IMG/VR virus record: IMGVR_UViG_3300037150_000044
Location: 1 to 53,218 of that record
DNA: 53,218 nt
Reading direction: 5' to 3' (one strand)
Source of the DNA: a virus
Lineage: Duplodnaviria; Caudoviricetes
The notes under the pieces were generated by a model. It searched no databases, had not been told where the DNA came from, and saw nothing but the letters and a program-made list of their open reading frames with translations. This document shows positions 9,945 through 19,448 of this stretch, piece after piece; the stretch's first letter is position 1; the number at the start of each line of letters is the position of its first letter. The translations under genes and the position numbers were made by a program.

Positions 9945-10252
9945 GCTACCGGCAAAGGTCTTGCAGGAGTCAGCGCGTGCCACGCTCGAAAAGCTGAGAA
10001 GCAATCCGGGCCGATCTGGAAGGTGCCGTCGTCGGCAAGGAACATGATAGTGATTGGATCGTCGGACACCACGTTGCAGTGCGCGATGATGTTGTCGAAG
10101 AACGGCTGCATGTCTGGCAACGGAGTGGCTGGGGTAGGGGCAACTGCGGCGGGTGCTTCCGGCAGCGGTGCCGGTGCGGGTTTGTTATGCCAAGGCCACA
10201 TGGCAGCGAGTAAAGCTACTTCAGATAGTAGCAACATAGTTGTCCTCCTCAT
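9941..10252 (-). CDS. secreted/membrane-anchored Pro-rich protein
   Basis: N-terminal hydrophobic signal, PAPAP linker. Confidence 0.6.
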   Translation of the reverse strand: MRRTTMLLLSEVALLAAMWPWHNKPAPAPLPEAPAAVAPTPATPLPDMQPFFDNIIAHCNVVSDDPITIMFLADDGTFQIGPDCFSAFRAWHALTPARPLPVA

Positions 10253-10569
10253 TCGTCAATCCTCTTGATGTCATCGAACATTACCTTCAGGCAGTCCTTC
10301 TCTTTACTGCCCTTGCCGCCGATGGGACGGATGCGGGTGTGAGTCTTGGTGACCTCCACCAAAGTTCCCACCCGCCATCCTTCCCGGTAGTACCGGACGT
10401 ACTCGCCCAACAGGTCTAAGAGAGGGTTGCGCGGAGCTTTGGTTTCGGTCTTGGCCGTTGGCGTGGGAGACGGTTTGGGAGTAGCCGTTTTGGTTTTACC
10501 TTTTAGCTTTCCCTTGGTCTCCGGTTTGCCCTTCGTTGGCTTCTCGACTTCTCTCTTAGACTTTGGCAT
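10249..10569 (-). CDS. hypothetical protein, Lys-rich N-terminus
   Basis: ORF in operon with overlapping start and stop. Confidence 0.65.
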   Translation of the reverse strand: MPKSKREVEKPTKGKPETKGKLKGKTKTATPKPSPTPTAKTETKAPRNPLLDLLGEYVRYYREGWRVGTLVEVTKTHTRIRPIGGKGSKEKDCLKVMFDDIKRIDE

Positions 10570-11018
10570 TAGATCACCGTCCGATATTTCTTCGTCAGCT
10601 TGTTGCTCAGCCGTTCGAGGTTAGCTGGTGTAGCAGGAGTCAGCGGCTTCGGCTGAGGACGCTGAGGGGGACGCTGAACTGCCTTCCCCTTCTGCTTGCT
10701 CTGCTTCTGCTGCTTGAATCGCTGCTGCCCCTGCTGCTTCCGCTGCTGGGCCTGCTGGCGTTCCTTGGCGTAGTCGCTCACACGCCGATTGTCGATGAAC
10801 TGCTCGGGGTTGCTCGGTCGGCCACGTTCGTAGTCCGACTTGGCTCTGTCCCATCCCCTCTGCCACAAGGACGCGTACGGGTTGCGGGTGTACGGATTGA
10901 GGATGGGTGTGACCTTCCCCTCAAATCCGAAGTAGCCTGTGCTTGCTGCAAGCATGAACGCGCCATAGCCTGCCTTCAAGAACGTGGAGAACTTCTGGTT
11001 CAACTCGGATTGTGTCAT
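10569..11018 (-). CDS. hypothetical protein, Gln/Lys-rich
   Basis: NPY...WQRGWDRA motif, common in small phage proteins. Confidence 0.65.
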   Translation of the reverse strand: MTQSELNQKFSTFLKAGYGAFMLAASTGYFGFEGKVTPILNPYTRNPYASLWQRGWDRAKSDYERGRPSNPEQFIDNRRVSDYAKERQQAQQRKQQGQQRFKQQKQSKQKGKAVQRPPQRPQPKPLTPATPANLERLSNKLTKKYRTVI

Positions 11019-11083
11019 TCATTTAGTCCCTCAGTGTTGGCTTTCTCCCATTCAAAATTCAAGAATCTTGAACGAGTGTGTTA

Positions 11084-11458
11084 CTACTCTTCTACAACAA
11101 TCGGTACAGCGCGTGCGATGAGCTTCAGAACGTTGTAGTCCGCATTCTCGTTCGCGTCTTCCAGTGTATCAAATGCACCCGCAGAGCGACCCTCGTAAAT
11201 GTTCACGAACATGGTGCGCTTCTGCGGAACTAGAAACAAGTCATACTCGCGCCTCTCTTTGAACGAGTACGGAAAGTTGCTGTGCGGTGGAACCTTGCCG
11301 TCAGAGCCGACTTGATAAACTGAGTCGTAACCCTTCAGATGAACCACAAGCGGGTACAAGACATTGTTAGGGAAGAGGGCGATCTGATCTACTTCGATTC
11401 CAGAACGAGTGATCATCTTCCTGCCTGCGAGTGCTTTTTCCAAATTGAACTCTACCAT
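11084..11458 (-). CDS. conserved phage protein (FNLEKALAG...TRSG family)
   Basis: Recognisable N-terminal motif; SD GGAGG before the ATG at 11458. Confidence 0.7.
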   Translation of the reverse strand: MVEFNLEKALAGRKMITRSGIEVDQIALFPNNVLYPLVVHLKGYDSVYQVGSDGKVPPHSNFPYSFKERREYDLFLVPQKRTMFVNIYEGRSAGAFDTLEDANENADYNVLKLIARAVPIVVEE

Positions 11459-11474
11459 TTTGAATCCTCCTGTG

Positions 11475-12038
11475 TTACTGCGCAAGCGGGTAGGGTGTTC
11501 CCCGCCGCTCGAAATCGTCAAGGGTCAGGCCGTCAAGGTGGCTCACTTGCAGCACGCCCAGAAAGTTTGCGTCAGGGTTGGACTCTCTGATCTTCCCCCT
11601 AATGTAATCCCGCGTCCTACCGCTGTCAATGAAGTCGTCAACGATGATGTAGTTGCGGGCCGCGATGTCTCCCTCGATCCAATTATCGGAGTGGCTGTCC
11701 CGTGCGCCGGTCGCTGTTGGCTTGCGCACCATGATCATCTCTTTGTTCATGCGGAGAGACACGCAAGGTGCGATGAGTGCGCCGGACATACCGCTGAAGG
11801 CTATAGCGTCGAAGTGCTGATCCCAGTCTTTCAAGGCCCGCACTGCAAGCTGAACGCGCTCCCGAAGGTTCTTGGTGCGAGTGAACTTGTGCAGGTACAG
11901 TGAACCTACGTAGTTCGGCTTGTGCTTTGACACCACGACCAGTTCAGGCCGCAGCACTGGGGTAACGTTTCTGCCGTTCTCCTGCTTCCAACGCTTGCTC
12001 AACGCTTCGGGCGTTTCATCAGGCTTCCTAAGTTCCAT
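11475..12038 (-). CDS. Type I phosphoribosyltransferase-fold protein
   Basis: PRPP-binding loop YIIVDDFIDSGRT, SGMSG, VRK loop. Confidence 0.8.
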   Translation of the reverse strand: MELRKPDETPEALSKRWKQENGRNVTPVLRPELVVVSKHKPNYVGSLYLHKFTRTKNLRERVQLAVRALKDWDQHFDAIAFSGMSGALIAPCVSLRMNKEMIMVRKPTATGARDSHSDNWIEGDIAARNYIIVDDFIDSGRTRDYIRGKIRESNPDANFLGVLQVSHLDGLTLDDFERRGTPYPLAQ

Positions 12039-12067
12039 CTCGCACCTCACCAAATTGATTTGAATTC

Positions 12068-12097
12068 ATTGTACCACGAACGTACGCGATACGTCAA
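12068..12097 (-). promoter_or_regulatory. sigma70-type promoter
   Basis: TTGACG-18-TACAAT with extended -10 TG. Confidence 0.7.
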
Positions 12098-12649
12098 TCA
12101 GATTCCCAATAGGGTGTTGATCTGTGTCGCTGCCGTCTCTTCGCTGATGTTCAGGTAGAAGCCGGTGCTCGACATATTCTTGTGACCTACACGCTGGCGA
12201 GTTACTTCAATGCCAGCTTTGATTGTCAACATGCAAATCGAATGCTTGAGGCTGTGAGGGTGAGCCAGCAAGGGGTTCAGCCCGGCGTGAATCACGGCCT
12301 TCTTGAAGAAGTCATTGAACCCGAAACGGCCCAGCGGGAAGATAAGATCACGGTCATCGACCTTCGCTGATAGCGCAGTAAGGGCCGCTGATTCGTCCAG
12401 CAACGGATCAGGGTGGTACTGATACGGCTGAGCACAGCTATTGCTGCCCTTCAGACGCGGTGTACGCACGTACCCGTGCTTGATGTTCTCTCCACGCAGG
12501 GCGCAGGTCTCAGACGCCCGCAGTCCGTGCCAGAAGGTGACGAGGATCATGAGTTGCTTGCGCTCTGCTGACAGCTTGCTGCTGCCCTTGCACGCGTCAG
12601 GTACCGCAACGATGATCTGCTTGATCTGGTCTAAAGTGAAGTGTTGCAT
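12098..12649 (-). CDS. Tyrosine recombinase, catalytic domain only (FimB/FimE-sized)
   Basis: HGLRASE, LKGS, HPHSLKHS, VGHKNMSSTGFY. Confidence 0.88.
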   Translation of the reverse strand: MQHFTLDQIKQIIVAVPDACKGSSKLSAERKQLMILVTFWHGLRASETCALRGENIKHGYVRTPRLKGSNSCAQPYQYHPDPLLDESAALTALSAKVDDRDLIFPLGRFGFNDFFKKAVIHAGLNPLLAHPHSLKHSICMLTIKAGIEVTRQRVGHKNMSSTGFYLNISEETAATQINTLLGI

Positions 12650-12741
12650 TGACGCCTCCTTGAAACTTTCAATACCTTAGCACTGTCCGCTGTAGCTTGT
12701 CAAGCGAATAGGCCCGGCTAGGTTGCACCGGGCCTCCGCTG

Positions 12742-13023
12742 TTAGCTGGTGACCGCTGCCAGTCCCTCGATTTCGTAACGTTCAACTCGCGTGCGCTCAC
12801 CGTCCAGCACGAACTTGCCGAACACGGCGGCGCCGCGTGCCTCAGGGTGACATCCAAACCCACCGCTGACTGTGAACCGGCGATCCTTGTCCGCGAACGC
12901 TGGCGCAAAGTAGCTGCGCTTGATCACGACAACCTTGTCGTTGTAGTTCGCCTTACTGCTGCCGGGCACGACCGCGTTGAGCGGGTTGATTACTTCGGGT
13001 GCCTTTGCCTTCGCTGTAGCCAT
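12742..13023 (-). CDS. hypothetical protein (93 aa)
   Basis: SD AAGGAG; GGFGC motif. Confidence 0.7.
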   Translation of the reverse strand: MATAKAKAPEVINPLNAVVPGSSKANYNDKVVVIKRSYFAPAFADKDRRFTVSGGFGCHPEARGAAVFGKFVLDGERTRVERYEIEGLAAVTS

Positions 13024-13098
13024 GATGGGTTTCTCCTTGTCAGGTTAGAGGGGGTGAGGGGCGAGGGTTACAATTCCCCCCGCCCGCCTTACCGCTGG

Positions 13099-13317
13099 TT
13101 ACCCAGCGATGACGCCCAACAGCATCAGCACCTTGACGATGATGGCTGCGGGGATGCCGAGGCCGCCCGTCACGAGGTCGAGGAGCAATGCCCAGATGTA
13201 CGGGATGGTGTGGTGCAGCGTGTGAAGCAGCACGAAATTGATGCAGAATGGGCCAAGCCAGAAGACCAGCCCGAGGATGAGTGCGAGGTACGCGAGTACG
13301 AAGAATGCTTTGATCAT
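13099..13317 (-). CDS. small membrane protein
   Basis: Almost entirely hydrophobic; SD GGAGG. Confidence 0.65.
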   Translation of the reverse strand: MIKAFFVLAYLALILGLVFWLGPFCINFVLLHTLHHTIPYIWALLLDLVTGGLGIPAAIIVKVLMLLGVIAG

Positions 13318-13352
13318 TTTGAATCCTCCATGTGGTGCGGGGTTAGGGTGTT

Positions 13353-13379
13353 CGGGGGAGGTCTGGTGTCCCTCCCCCG
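13353..13379. terminator. GC-rich intergenic hairpin (terminator or processing site)
   Basis: cgggggagg...cctcccccg inverted repeat; no clear U-tract. Confidence 0.4.
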
Positions 13380-13399
13380 CCGTCAGCGGTTATCAGCCA

Positions 13400-14359
13400 C
13401 TAGACTTCTTTGAACTTGCGACCTGCCTTGTCTTCCACCATCGTGCCAAGGGTACCAGCAACGTTCTCCATCCCCTTGAGAATCTTAGAGCGGAACTCGT
13501 CGCTGGTGCGCAGGCTAACTGCGTCCGTGCCATCCAGCAGGGACTTGATCTTCGCCACTTCACCGGCCAAAGCTTTATCGTTGGTGACGTTGCGCAGGTC
13601 GAAGCTGTTCAGGAATTCCTTGAGGTTGTTGATAGCCGACTCTTTCAGAATCTTCGGCTTGCCTTCTTTGCCGGGGGCGAGACGTTCCTTGAGGTGGTTG
13701 ACCAACTCGAAGCACGCCTGCCGCATGACTGCTGTGACTTCCACGGCTGCGTTCTTGATCTGTGCTTTAGCCTTGTCCAACTCTTCGGCATAGGCTTCAG
13801 CGTCGATCTTCTTGAGCTTGCCGGGGACGCCGAAGTCTACCGCGTACCACTCGAAGTCGAACGCTTTGCGGGCCTCGTCCACGCTCAGGTAGTAGTCGTC
13901 CTCGGACAGACTGCCCAGTGCCGCCTTCGACTTCTTCACGAGGTCGGGGTACGCCTTGATGAACTCTTCGACAAGGGCCGGGCGCACGTTGGTCTTGAAG
14001 TCGTTGAGCTTCGCACGCGTAACCTTGAACAGTTTGTTGGGGACGATCATAAAGCCCACGTCGAATGACGGTAGGCAATTCTGCTTGAGCCACTTGCGCA
14101 GCGCAGTGTCGGCCTGCCGTATGGCGACCAACTGGGGTGAGTCGAGGAGGGTGGCGGAGACGCCCAGCTTATCGGTGTCGGCGTCCGTGTTCAGGATGCT
14201 GGCGGAACCGGCGATCTTTTTTGAGTTACCGAGGGTGCTAAACCTGACCCGCATAAACATCGTAGTAGCCGACAGGCTAGTCATGTCGATAACCTGATCT
14301 ATCGGGGCTGCGGCGGCGGGCTTGATTGCTACGACTTTCTTATTCGATTCCTTAGCCAT
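13400..14359 (-). CDS. DUF3150-like helical protein
   Basis: Size, helical composition and position downstream of an AAA ATPase. Family call is from pattern recall only. Confidence 0.5.
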   Translation of the reverse strand: MAKESNKKVVAIKPAAAAPIDQVIDMTSLSATTMFMRVRFSTLGNSKKIAGSASILNTDADTDKLGVSATLLDSPQLVAIRQADTALRKWLKQNCLPSFDVGFMIVPNKLFKVTRAKLNDFKTNVRPALVEEFIKAYPDLVKKSKAALGSLSEDDYYLSVDEARKAFDFEWYAVDFGVPGKLKKIDAEAYAEELDKAKAQIKNAAVEVTAVMRQACFELVNHLKERLAPGKEGKPKILKESAINNLKEFLNSFDLRNVTNDKALAGEVAKIKSLLDGTDAVSLRTSDEFRSKILKGMENVAGTLGTMVEDKAGRKFKEV

Positions 14360-14433
14360 GTGGTTCTCCTTTTCAGGTGCCTTGAATTGATTACTCATAC
14401 AGAATAACCGAATTGAGTATGCGTTGTCAACAA

Positions 14434-14760
14434 CTAAATAAAGTTGGCATTCAGGTAGGACACTTCAGTGTCAATCGCTGCCTGTCGATTGCGGTAGGTG
14501 GGGTCAAGGATGGGACCGCCAATGGGACCAAGGTTGATCTGCCAGAGGCAGGGCCAGAGGCGTGTAAAGCTCGCTACTGCACCCTTCTCTCCGAACAGGG
14601 AACGCAGGCCATGAAACACTGCACGGAGCGGACGCGATACGGGTTCGACGTGGCTTGCCCGCTGGATAACTGAGGACTCGTTCAGGAGTGCTTGAGTGTC
14701 GGCGTCCACTAGAAACGTAAGCGTACCTGATTCGTCCATACTCACATGCAGTGTCTTCAT
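14434..14760 (-). CDS. hypothetical protein (RASHVEP family)
   Basis: IQRASHVEP...WQINLGPIGGPIL...RQAAIDTEVSYL. Confidence 0.7.
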   Translation of the reverse strand: MKTLHVSMDESGTLTFLVDADTQALLNESSVIQRASHVEPVSRPLRAVFHGLRSLFGEKGAVASFTRLWPCLWQINLGPIGGPILDPTYRNRQAAIDTEVSYLNANFI

Positions 14761-14761
14761 C

Positions 14762-15004
14762 TTAGGCCGCCTTCTTTTCTTCGGACTTGCGACGGGCCTT
14801 CGAGCGGCGGTGCGGCTTGGCCTTCGGGTTCTGCTTCGCTGACTCACGCCGGATGTAGTGAGCCTCCTTGATGATCTTGATGACGCCCGCTTTTACTTCG
14901 GGCGCAATCTCCTCACGGGGCCGTTGGACGATCACGCCCTTTTCGCTCTTGACCGCTGGAAGTAGGCCGATCCTTCTAATGCGACGTGCGATTGTAGTAG
15001 ACAT
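14762..15004 (-). CDS. basic hypothetical protein (80 aa)
   Basis: SD AAAGGAG. Confidence 0.6.
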   Translation of the reverse strand: MSTTIARRIRRIGLLPAVKSEKGVIVQRPREEIAPEVKAGVIKIIKEAHYIRRESAKQNPKAKPHRRSKARRKSEEKKAA

Positions 15005-15046
15005 ATAGGTTTCTCCTTTTCAGGCTGATGGTGCGCTGTGGTTGGG

Positions 15047-15232
15047 TTATCGTGCGTACTGTTGATTCTGCTGGACTTGGTTGAATTCCGGTTTCTTCAC
15101 GAAGTTCTTGGGGGTACCGCCTGCAAAGGCTGCGTGAACCGCTTCGCACCCTTTACCTGCAAACCCTTCGGTCTGGATGTCCAGCACGCCTGTCTCCGTG
15201 TTGAATGCGACCTTTACCGTTTTGGTTGCCAT
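15047..15232 (-). CDS. DUF2997 family protein
   Basis: TGVLDIQTEGFAGKGCEAV...KKPEF. Confidence 0.8.
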   Translation of the reverse strand: MATKTVKVAFNTETGVLDIQTEGFAGKGCEAVHAAFAGGTPKNFVKKPEFNQVQQNQQYAR

Positions 15233-15244
15233 GTGGTCTCCTTT

Positions 15245-15700
15245 TTACTGCTTGATAAACGTGTAGTCGAGGATGTGGTTTGCGTTGGCCCTCTTCTGGC
15301 CGTTGACGACTACGCGGTACCCCATCTTGCTTGCCTGCTTGTGCAAGTGGAGATGCTGGTAGCCAACGTTGACCTGCGCCACCCACTTCTTATTCTTACC
15401 GCAGGCACGGTCATAATCGCTGAGTATGGCGTGAAACTTGCCGTCCTCACCGCGTACGAAACCGATGTCGTTTGAAGCTCCGCCGACCTGCTTGCGCGGG
15501 ATGATGACGTGGGCTTTCATCGCTGCTGCGATGCTCTTGGTGTGACCGCTGCCGTCTGCCGTGCGGTAGTCTCCCTGATACCCAACGAGGGGCTGAGGCT
15601 CAGCCAACGCGTTGACAGGTTTGAAGCCCATCTCCTCTAGTGCTTTGATGAGGAGGTCTCCGTCTCGAAATTCTGTAGGGGTCTTTGAATATGCAGATAT
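15245..15700 (-). CDS. DUF1257/Ycf35-like protein (probable ATA start)
   Basis: SAYSKTPTEFRD...LIKALEEMGF...DIGFVRGEDGKF...SDYD; SD AAGGAGG 8 nt before the ATA. Confidence 0.75.
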   Translation of the reverse strand: MSAYSKTPTEFRDGDLLIKALEEMGFKPVNALAEPQPLVGYQGDYRTADGSGHTKSIAAAMKAHVIIPRKQVGGASNDIGFVRGEDGKFHAILSDYDRACGKNKKWVAQVNVGYQHLHLHKQASKMGYRVVVNGQKRANANHILDYTFIKQ

Positions 15701-15755
15701 ATAGGTACCCTCCTTGGGTGGTTCGCTGTCAGTTCGATTGTACCACAAATTGAAG

Positions 15756-17354
15756 CTACGCCTTCATCCTCCGACCCTCTACCTGCTGCATGAACACCGG
15801 AGGGGTAACTTGTCCGCTGCCAACCCTCGTTGATTCGTGCGCCATGTAAACGCCGGGGTGCGACGCACTGAGGTACTTGCCGCTGGCTTCGCTGCGGGTC
15901 TGCTCGATCTGCGTAGCTGCTGACTTGGTGATGGGGACGATGTACTGGGCGGCCTTCTCCAGTGTCCAGCGTAAGCGGTACGCCTTCTTGCAGCACGACT
16001 CGATTTCAGCACCCGTCCAGCCTTCGTCGTTCGGGAGGGTATCCTTCGCGTCGATCTTCTGCTTGGCCCGGTGAATCTGCCAAATCAAATCCTTCTCTTC
16101 GCGGGTCGGCGCATCGAAGAAGAACTGAGCCAGTGAGAAGCGACGGCGAAGCTCAGGCTTGAGAGACGCGACACCGTTGCAGGTAGCAAGCCAAAGAACC
16201 TTGCCGCCGCTGGTCGGAGTCCATCCTGAGGTCGCGTCAACAATCGCCTGCGCGTTGCGTATGCGTTCACCACTACTTCCGATGATCCCTGATTGCATAC
16301 CGGGGATGTCGAAGATGATGACGGGCTTACCGTACGTACCGCCCGTGGCCTTCGCCAGTAGGGACTTCGACACGCCGGGGATACCCAACAGCAGCATACC
16401 CTCGATCTGCCGCTCCTGCGTCCACGTCAGGATGCTGCCGTTCAGTTCATCTTTCACGCCTGACATATCCGTGCCTGCGCCCGCCATACCCTTCTCAATC
16501 TCATCTGTGAAAAGGATGACTGAGGGCGGGTTATTACCTTCCATGATCCCGCGCAGGAATTCCTTGACCGCTTCATTACCGCCGACATCTTCCAGCGTTT
16601 CCTTGCCCGCATGAATCGACAGGCCCGGAGTCTGGTTGATAATCTGCCGCTTCCGGCCCCAGAGGTCGTCAAGGCTGAGGTCTCCCGTCAGCTTCTTAGG
16701 GTCAGTACGATTGATCGTTAGAGACATGGCGGCGGCCTGCTCAGCGGCAAAGCTGGGGAGACCGATCAGTGCCTCAGTCGCCTTGACCACAAACGGATCG
16801 TCAGGGGTGTTGACCGTCTTGGCGAAGCGGTAGGTGTTGCGTACCGTTGCCTGCAACTCTGCCACTGTAGGCAGTGGCTCGTCAAGGCATAGTACATCGT
16901 TGGTCAACTCGCCGGGGAGACGGCTGCCGGGGGCTGCCAGAAGGATCAACATATCCCCATTTGCTTTGTAGCTATCACGGAGGTTCCATATCGCCTGCAC
17001 TACCGTTGACTCAGACTCTCCGTGATTAGACCACTGAAGATGAGCATTCGAGATGAAAATGATTGCGTCTGACACTGCATTGTTCTCGCAAAGGGCGAGG
17101 CAGTTTGGAAGGGGGATAGTGAATGCCTGCTCATTACCTGCGAGGATGGTATTGAGAGTGTCTTGGTTGAGTTTGGTATCAGCCATAGGCACTAGACCGT
17201 GTACGCAATCCCAGAGCAGCATTGGAATGGGAGTGGGCGATTCCTGCAACGCAGCTATAATTCCGCTGGTCGTCGATTTGGCATCGAATGTTCTAATGCA
17301 AACCAAGGGGGTTGACACCCTGACTGCGGCCTTGAAACTTTCCATAAATTGCAT
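15756..17354 (-). CDS. AAA+ ATPase, Ycf46-like
   Basis: N-terminal WD..GL domain, DVGGNEAVK, DEIEKG, variant Walker A GIPGVSKSLLAKA, ATCN...PELRRRF, GWTGAEIE. Confidence 0.8.
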   Translation of the reverse strand: MQFMESFKAAVRVSTPLVCIRTFDAKSTTSGIIAALQESPTPIPMLLWDCVHGLVPMADTKLNQDTLNTILAGNEQAFTIPLPNCLALCENNAVSDAIIFISNAHLQWSNHGESESTVVQAIWNLRDSYKANGDMLILLAAPGSRLPGELTNDVLCLDEPLPTVAELQATVRNTYRFAKTVNTPDDPFVVKATEALIGLPSFAAEQAAAMSLTINRTDPKKLTGDLSLDDLWGRKRQIINQTPGLSIHAGKETLEDVGGNEAVKEFLRGIMEGNNPPSVILFTDEIEKGMAGAGTDMSGVKDELNGSILTWTQERQIEGMLLLGIPGVSKSLLAKATGGTYGKPVIIFDIPGMQSGIIGSSGERIRNAQAIVDATSGWTPTSGGKVLWLATCNGVASLKPELRRRFSLAQFFFDAPTREEKDLIWQIHRAKQKIDAKDTLPNDEGWTGAEIESCCKKAYRLRWTLEKAAQYIVPITKSAATQIEQTRSEASGKYLSASHPGVYMAHESTRVGSGQVTPPVFMQQVEGRRMKA

Positions 17355-17400
17355 AGTAGTTCTCCTTTTCAGGCCAACTAGAATTCTTACTCCCACTAGA

Positions 17401-17880
17401 TTACATGACCGCTGCTGCGCTGTCAACTGGAAAGTTTAGCTGAGCAAACTCAGCGTGCAACTCTGTTACTACTTGATCGTACTTTTTTGCTGCCACTACC
17501 GGATCGCTGAAGGTTCCGAAGTGCTGTAGTTTGCCGTCTATGCGAATTCGGCACTGGTACTTGTCGCCCTTTGGGTAGACACCCTTGTAAGGATTGTTTG
17601 TCGCAAACTTGCGGCGATTACGTAAATTTTGAGCGGTCGTCGCTGGTCTGAGATTGTACCGCTGATTGTTGAGACCGTTGTGGTCTCTGTGGTCGTGTCC
17701 TTTACCTGCCAGTAAAGCGTGCATTCGCTGTAGCATGTGAGTCTTCCCAGAGTACACACTTCGCACTGCGTACCATGTAGTCTTGCCACGCAACGCTGAC
17801 CAGTTGTATTTGTTCAACTCCTCAAAGTCTTCATCGTCCACCAAAGCTACTTGACCCTGTGTTAGCTGTATCTCTTTCAT
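17401..17880 (-). CDS. HNH-AP2 homing endonuclease
   Basis: IQLTQGQVALVDDED, DHRDHNGLNNQRYNLR, AP2 domain YKGV...HFGTF...AAKKYD. Confidence 0.9.
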   Translation of the reverse strand: MKEIQLTQGQVALVDDEDFEELNKYNWSALRGKTTWYAVRSVYSGKTHMLQRMHALLAGKGHDHRDHNGLNNQRYNLRPATTAQNLRNRRKFATNNPYKGVYPKGDKYQCRIRIDGKLQHFGTFSDPVVAAKKYDQVVTELHAEFAQLNFPVDSAAAVM

Positions 17881-18113
17881 TTTGTTGTGTCCTTTGTAAT
17901 CACGTACTCATCCGGGGTTTCTCTCATACCGCTGAGACTGGCTGCGCTCATAGCATCCACTTGACCCGCTGCGGCGAATAGCTCCTCGACCATTTCCACT
18001 GGCAACGTGAAAAGCGTACGCAATACGTTAGATGCGCGAGATAGCTGAGGGGTTGCCCCTGTCCGCTGCTGTGACGCCTCTAATTCGGTCTTGATTCCTT
18101 CTGGGATGCCCAT
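17877..18113 (-). CDS. hypothetical protein (78 aa)
   Basis: SD GGAGG, ATGA overlap. Confidence 0.6.
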   Translation of the reverse strand: MGIPEGIKTELEASQQRTGATPQLSRASNVLRTLFTLPVEMVEELFAAAGQVDAMSAASLSGMRETPDEYVITKDTTK

Positions 18114-18310
18114 TCTTGCCTCCTAGCTGCCTCTACACGGCGTTGCTGACCTTTAGACGTGGGTAAGGGCCGGTAAACTTCACCGGCCCCTCCTACTACC
18201 TTCTGCTGCGTTTTACGACTGTCTGAAGAATCTAACGTATGCCAGTACATACACTGTCAAGTTGAATCCTCCAAGAGTTACCAGCGCGACCGCTGCGAGA
18301 ACTGTCATGG

Positions 18311-19030
18311 TTAGACGCTGGCACTTACTGCTAAGTTGGCCTTCGCTGCTTTGACGGCCACCTTAGCTGCTTTAGCCAGCAGCGTGATGTAAGTGCCATA
18401 CTCCTCGATCTGTGCTGGAGTGTAGCCTTCCATCTTACCGATAGCACGGTACTTTTTTTGCCACTCCGTGATGTCGTGGATGTGGCATCCGATAGCTATT
18501 TGCTTGTGGCTGCAAAGCGTTACCGCATGACGTGTCCCTTGTATGTACAGCGGGGAAAATACCCACGCATCGCCGCAGACCCGAGCATTGCCGGAGACCT
18601 GCGCATTGCCGCAGACCCACGCATTGCCGCAGACCCGAGCATTGCCGGAGACCCGAGCATCGCCGTAGACCTGCGCATTGCCGGAGACCCACGCATCGCC
18701 GCAGACCCGAGCATTGCCGGAGACCCACGCATCGCCGTAGACCCGAGCATTGCCGGAGACCCACGCATCGCCGTAGACCCGAGCATTGCCGGAGACCCAC
18801 GCATCGCCGCAGACCCGAGCATTGCCGCAGACCCACGCATTGCCGCAGACCTGCGCATTGCCGCAGACCCACGCATTGCCGTAGACTATGGACGTGGGGT
18901 GAAGATAGACGGTCGAGTCAACGTGCGCGGTCTTGTATACCCATCCTTTGCCGTTTTCGTGCTGGTGCCAGTCAGCGGCCACTGAACCCCAAACCGAATC
19001 CAATACGTTTTGTGGAACCTTGATTGTCAT
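18311..19030 (-). CDS. hexapeptide-repeat (left-handed beta-helix) phage protein
   Basis: (GN/DA-R/W/Q-V-C/Y/S)n repeats followed by the typical IAIGCH...W C-terminal domain. Confidence 0.85.
   Translation of the reverse strand: MTIKVPQNVLDSVWGSVAADWHQHENGKGWVYKTAHVDSTVYLHPTSIVYGNAWVCGNAQVCGNAWVCGNARVCGDAWVSGNARVYGDAWVSGNARVYGDAWVSGNARVCGDAWVSGNAQVYGDARVSGNARVCGNAWVCGNAQVSGNARVCGDAWVFSPLYIQGTRHAVTLCSHKQIAIGCHIHDITEWQKKYRAIGKMEGYTPAQIEEYGTYITLLAKAAKVAVKAAKANLAVSASV
18560..18886. repeat. 18-bp tandem repeat array encoding the hexapeptides
   Basis: Units such as gcattgccggagacccac and gcatcgccgtagacccga, about 18 copies. Confidence 0.95.
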
Positions 19031-19081
19031 GATGGTCTCCTTTTTAGGTTAGAGGTTCGCTGAAGTTTGACCTGCTCTGAC

Positions 19082-19423
19082 TTACCAAACATTGTCAGTT
19101 GCTAATCCTGCCTTGATTGGATAGATCGTAAGGGAATTGCTGGTGAATGGAACGACCAGCGCGTTAGCCCATTGACGATCTTCACCCAGCACGCGCACAA
19201 ACCACGAGCCTTTGTCTTGATGGACGCGGAAGCCCAAACCGAATTGCTCTGCTGCCTGATTCATGCGTATTTTAGTAGTGGCTGTGAACCATCCACCTGT
19301 GCAAAGGTAAACTATCCCTGAGACGATACGCACAACTTCCGTGCGGTGATAGACCACCGAGACTATACCGCCCTTCTCAGTGACCTTAGTAGCTGTCCTA
19401 CCGATGCGATTAGTGCGTGCCAT
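19082..19423 (-). CDS. hypothetical early protein (113 aa)
   Basis: YHRTEVV...TGGWFTATTKIRMNQ motif; SD AAAGGAG. Confidence 0.75.
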   Translation of the reverse strand: MARTNRIGRTATKVTEKGGIVSVVYHRTEVVRIVSGIVYLCTGGWFTATTKIRMNQAAEQFGLGFRVHQDKGSWFVRVLGEDRQWANALVVPFTSNSLTIYPIKAGLATDNVW

Positions 19424-19448
19424 TTGAAACTCCTTTTCCGGTTAGAGG

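Noticed and set aside
18560-18886. Regular short repeats suggesting a CRISPR array
   Set aside because: Contiguous 18-bp units with no unique spacers, encoding in-frame hexapeptides; no cas operon nearby.
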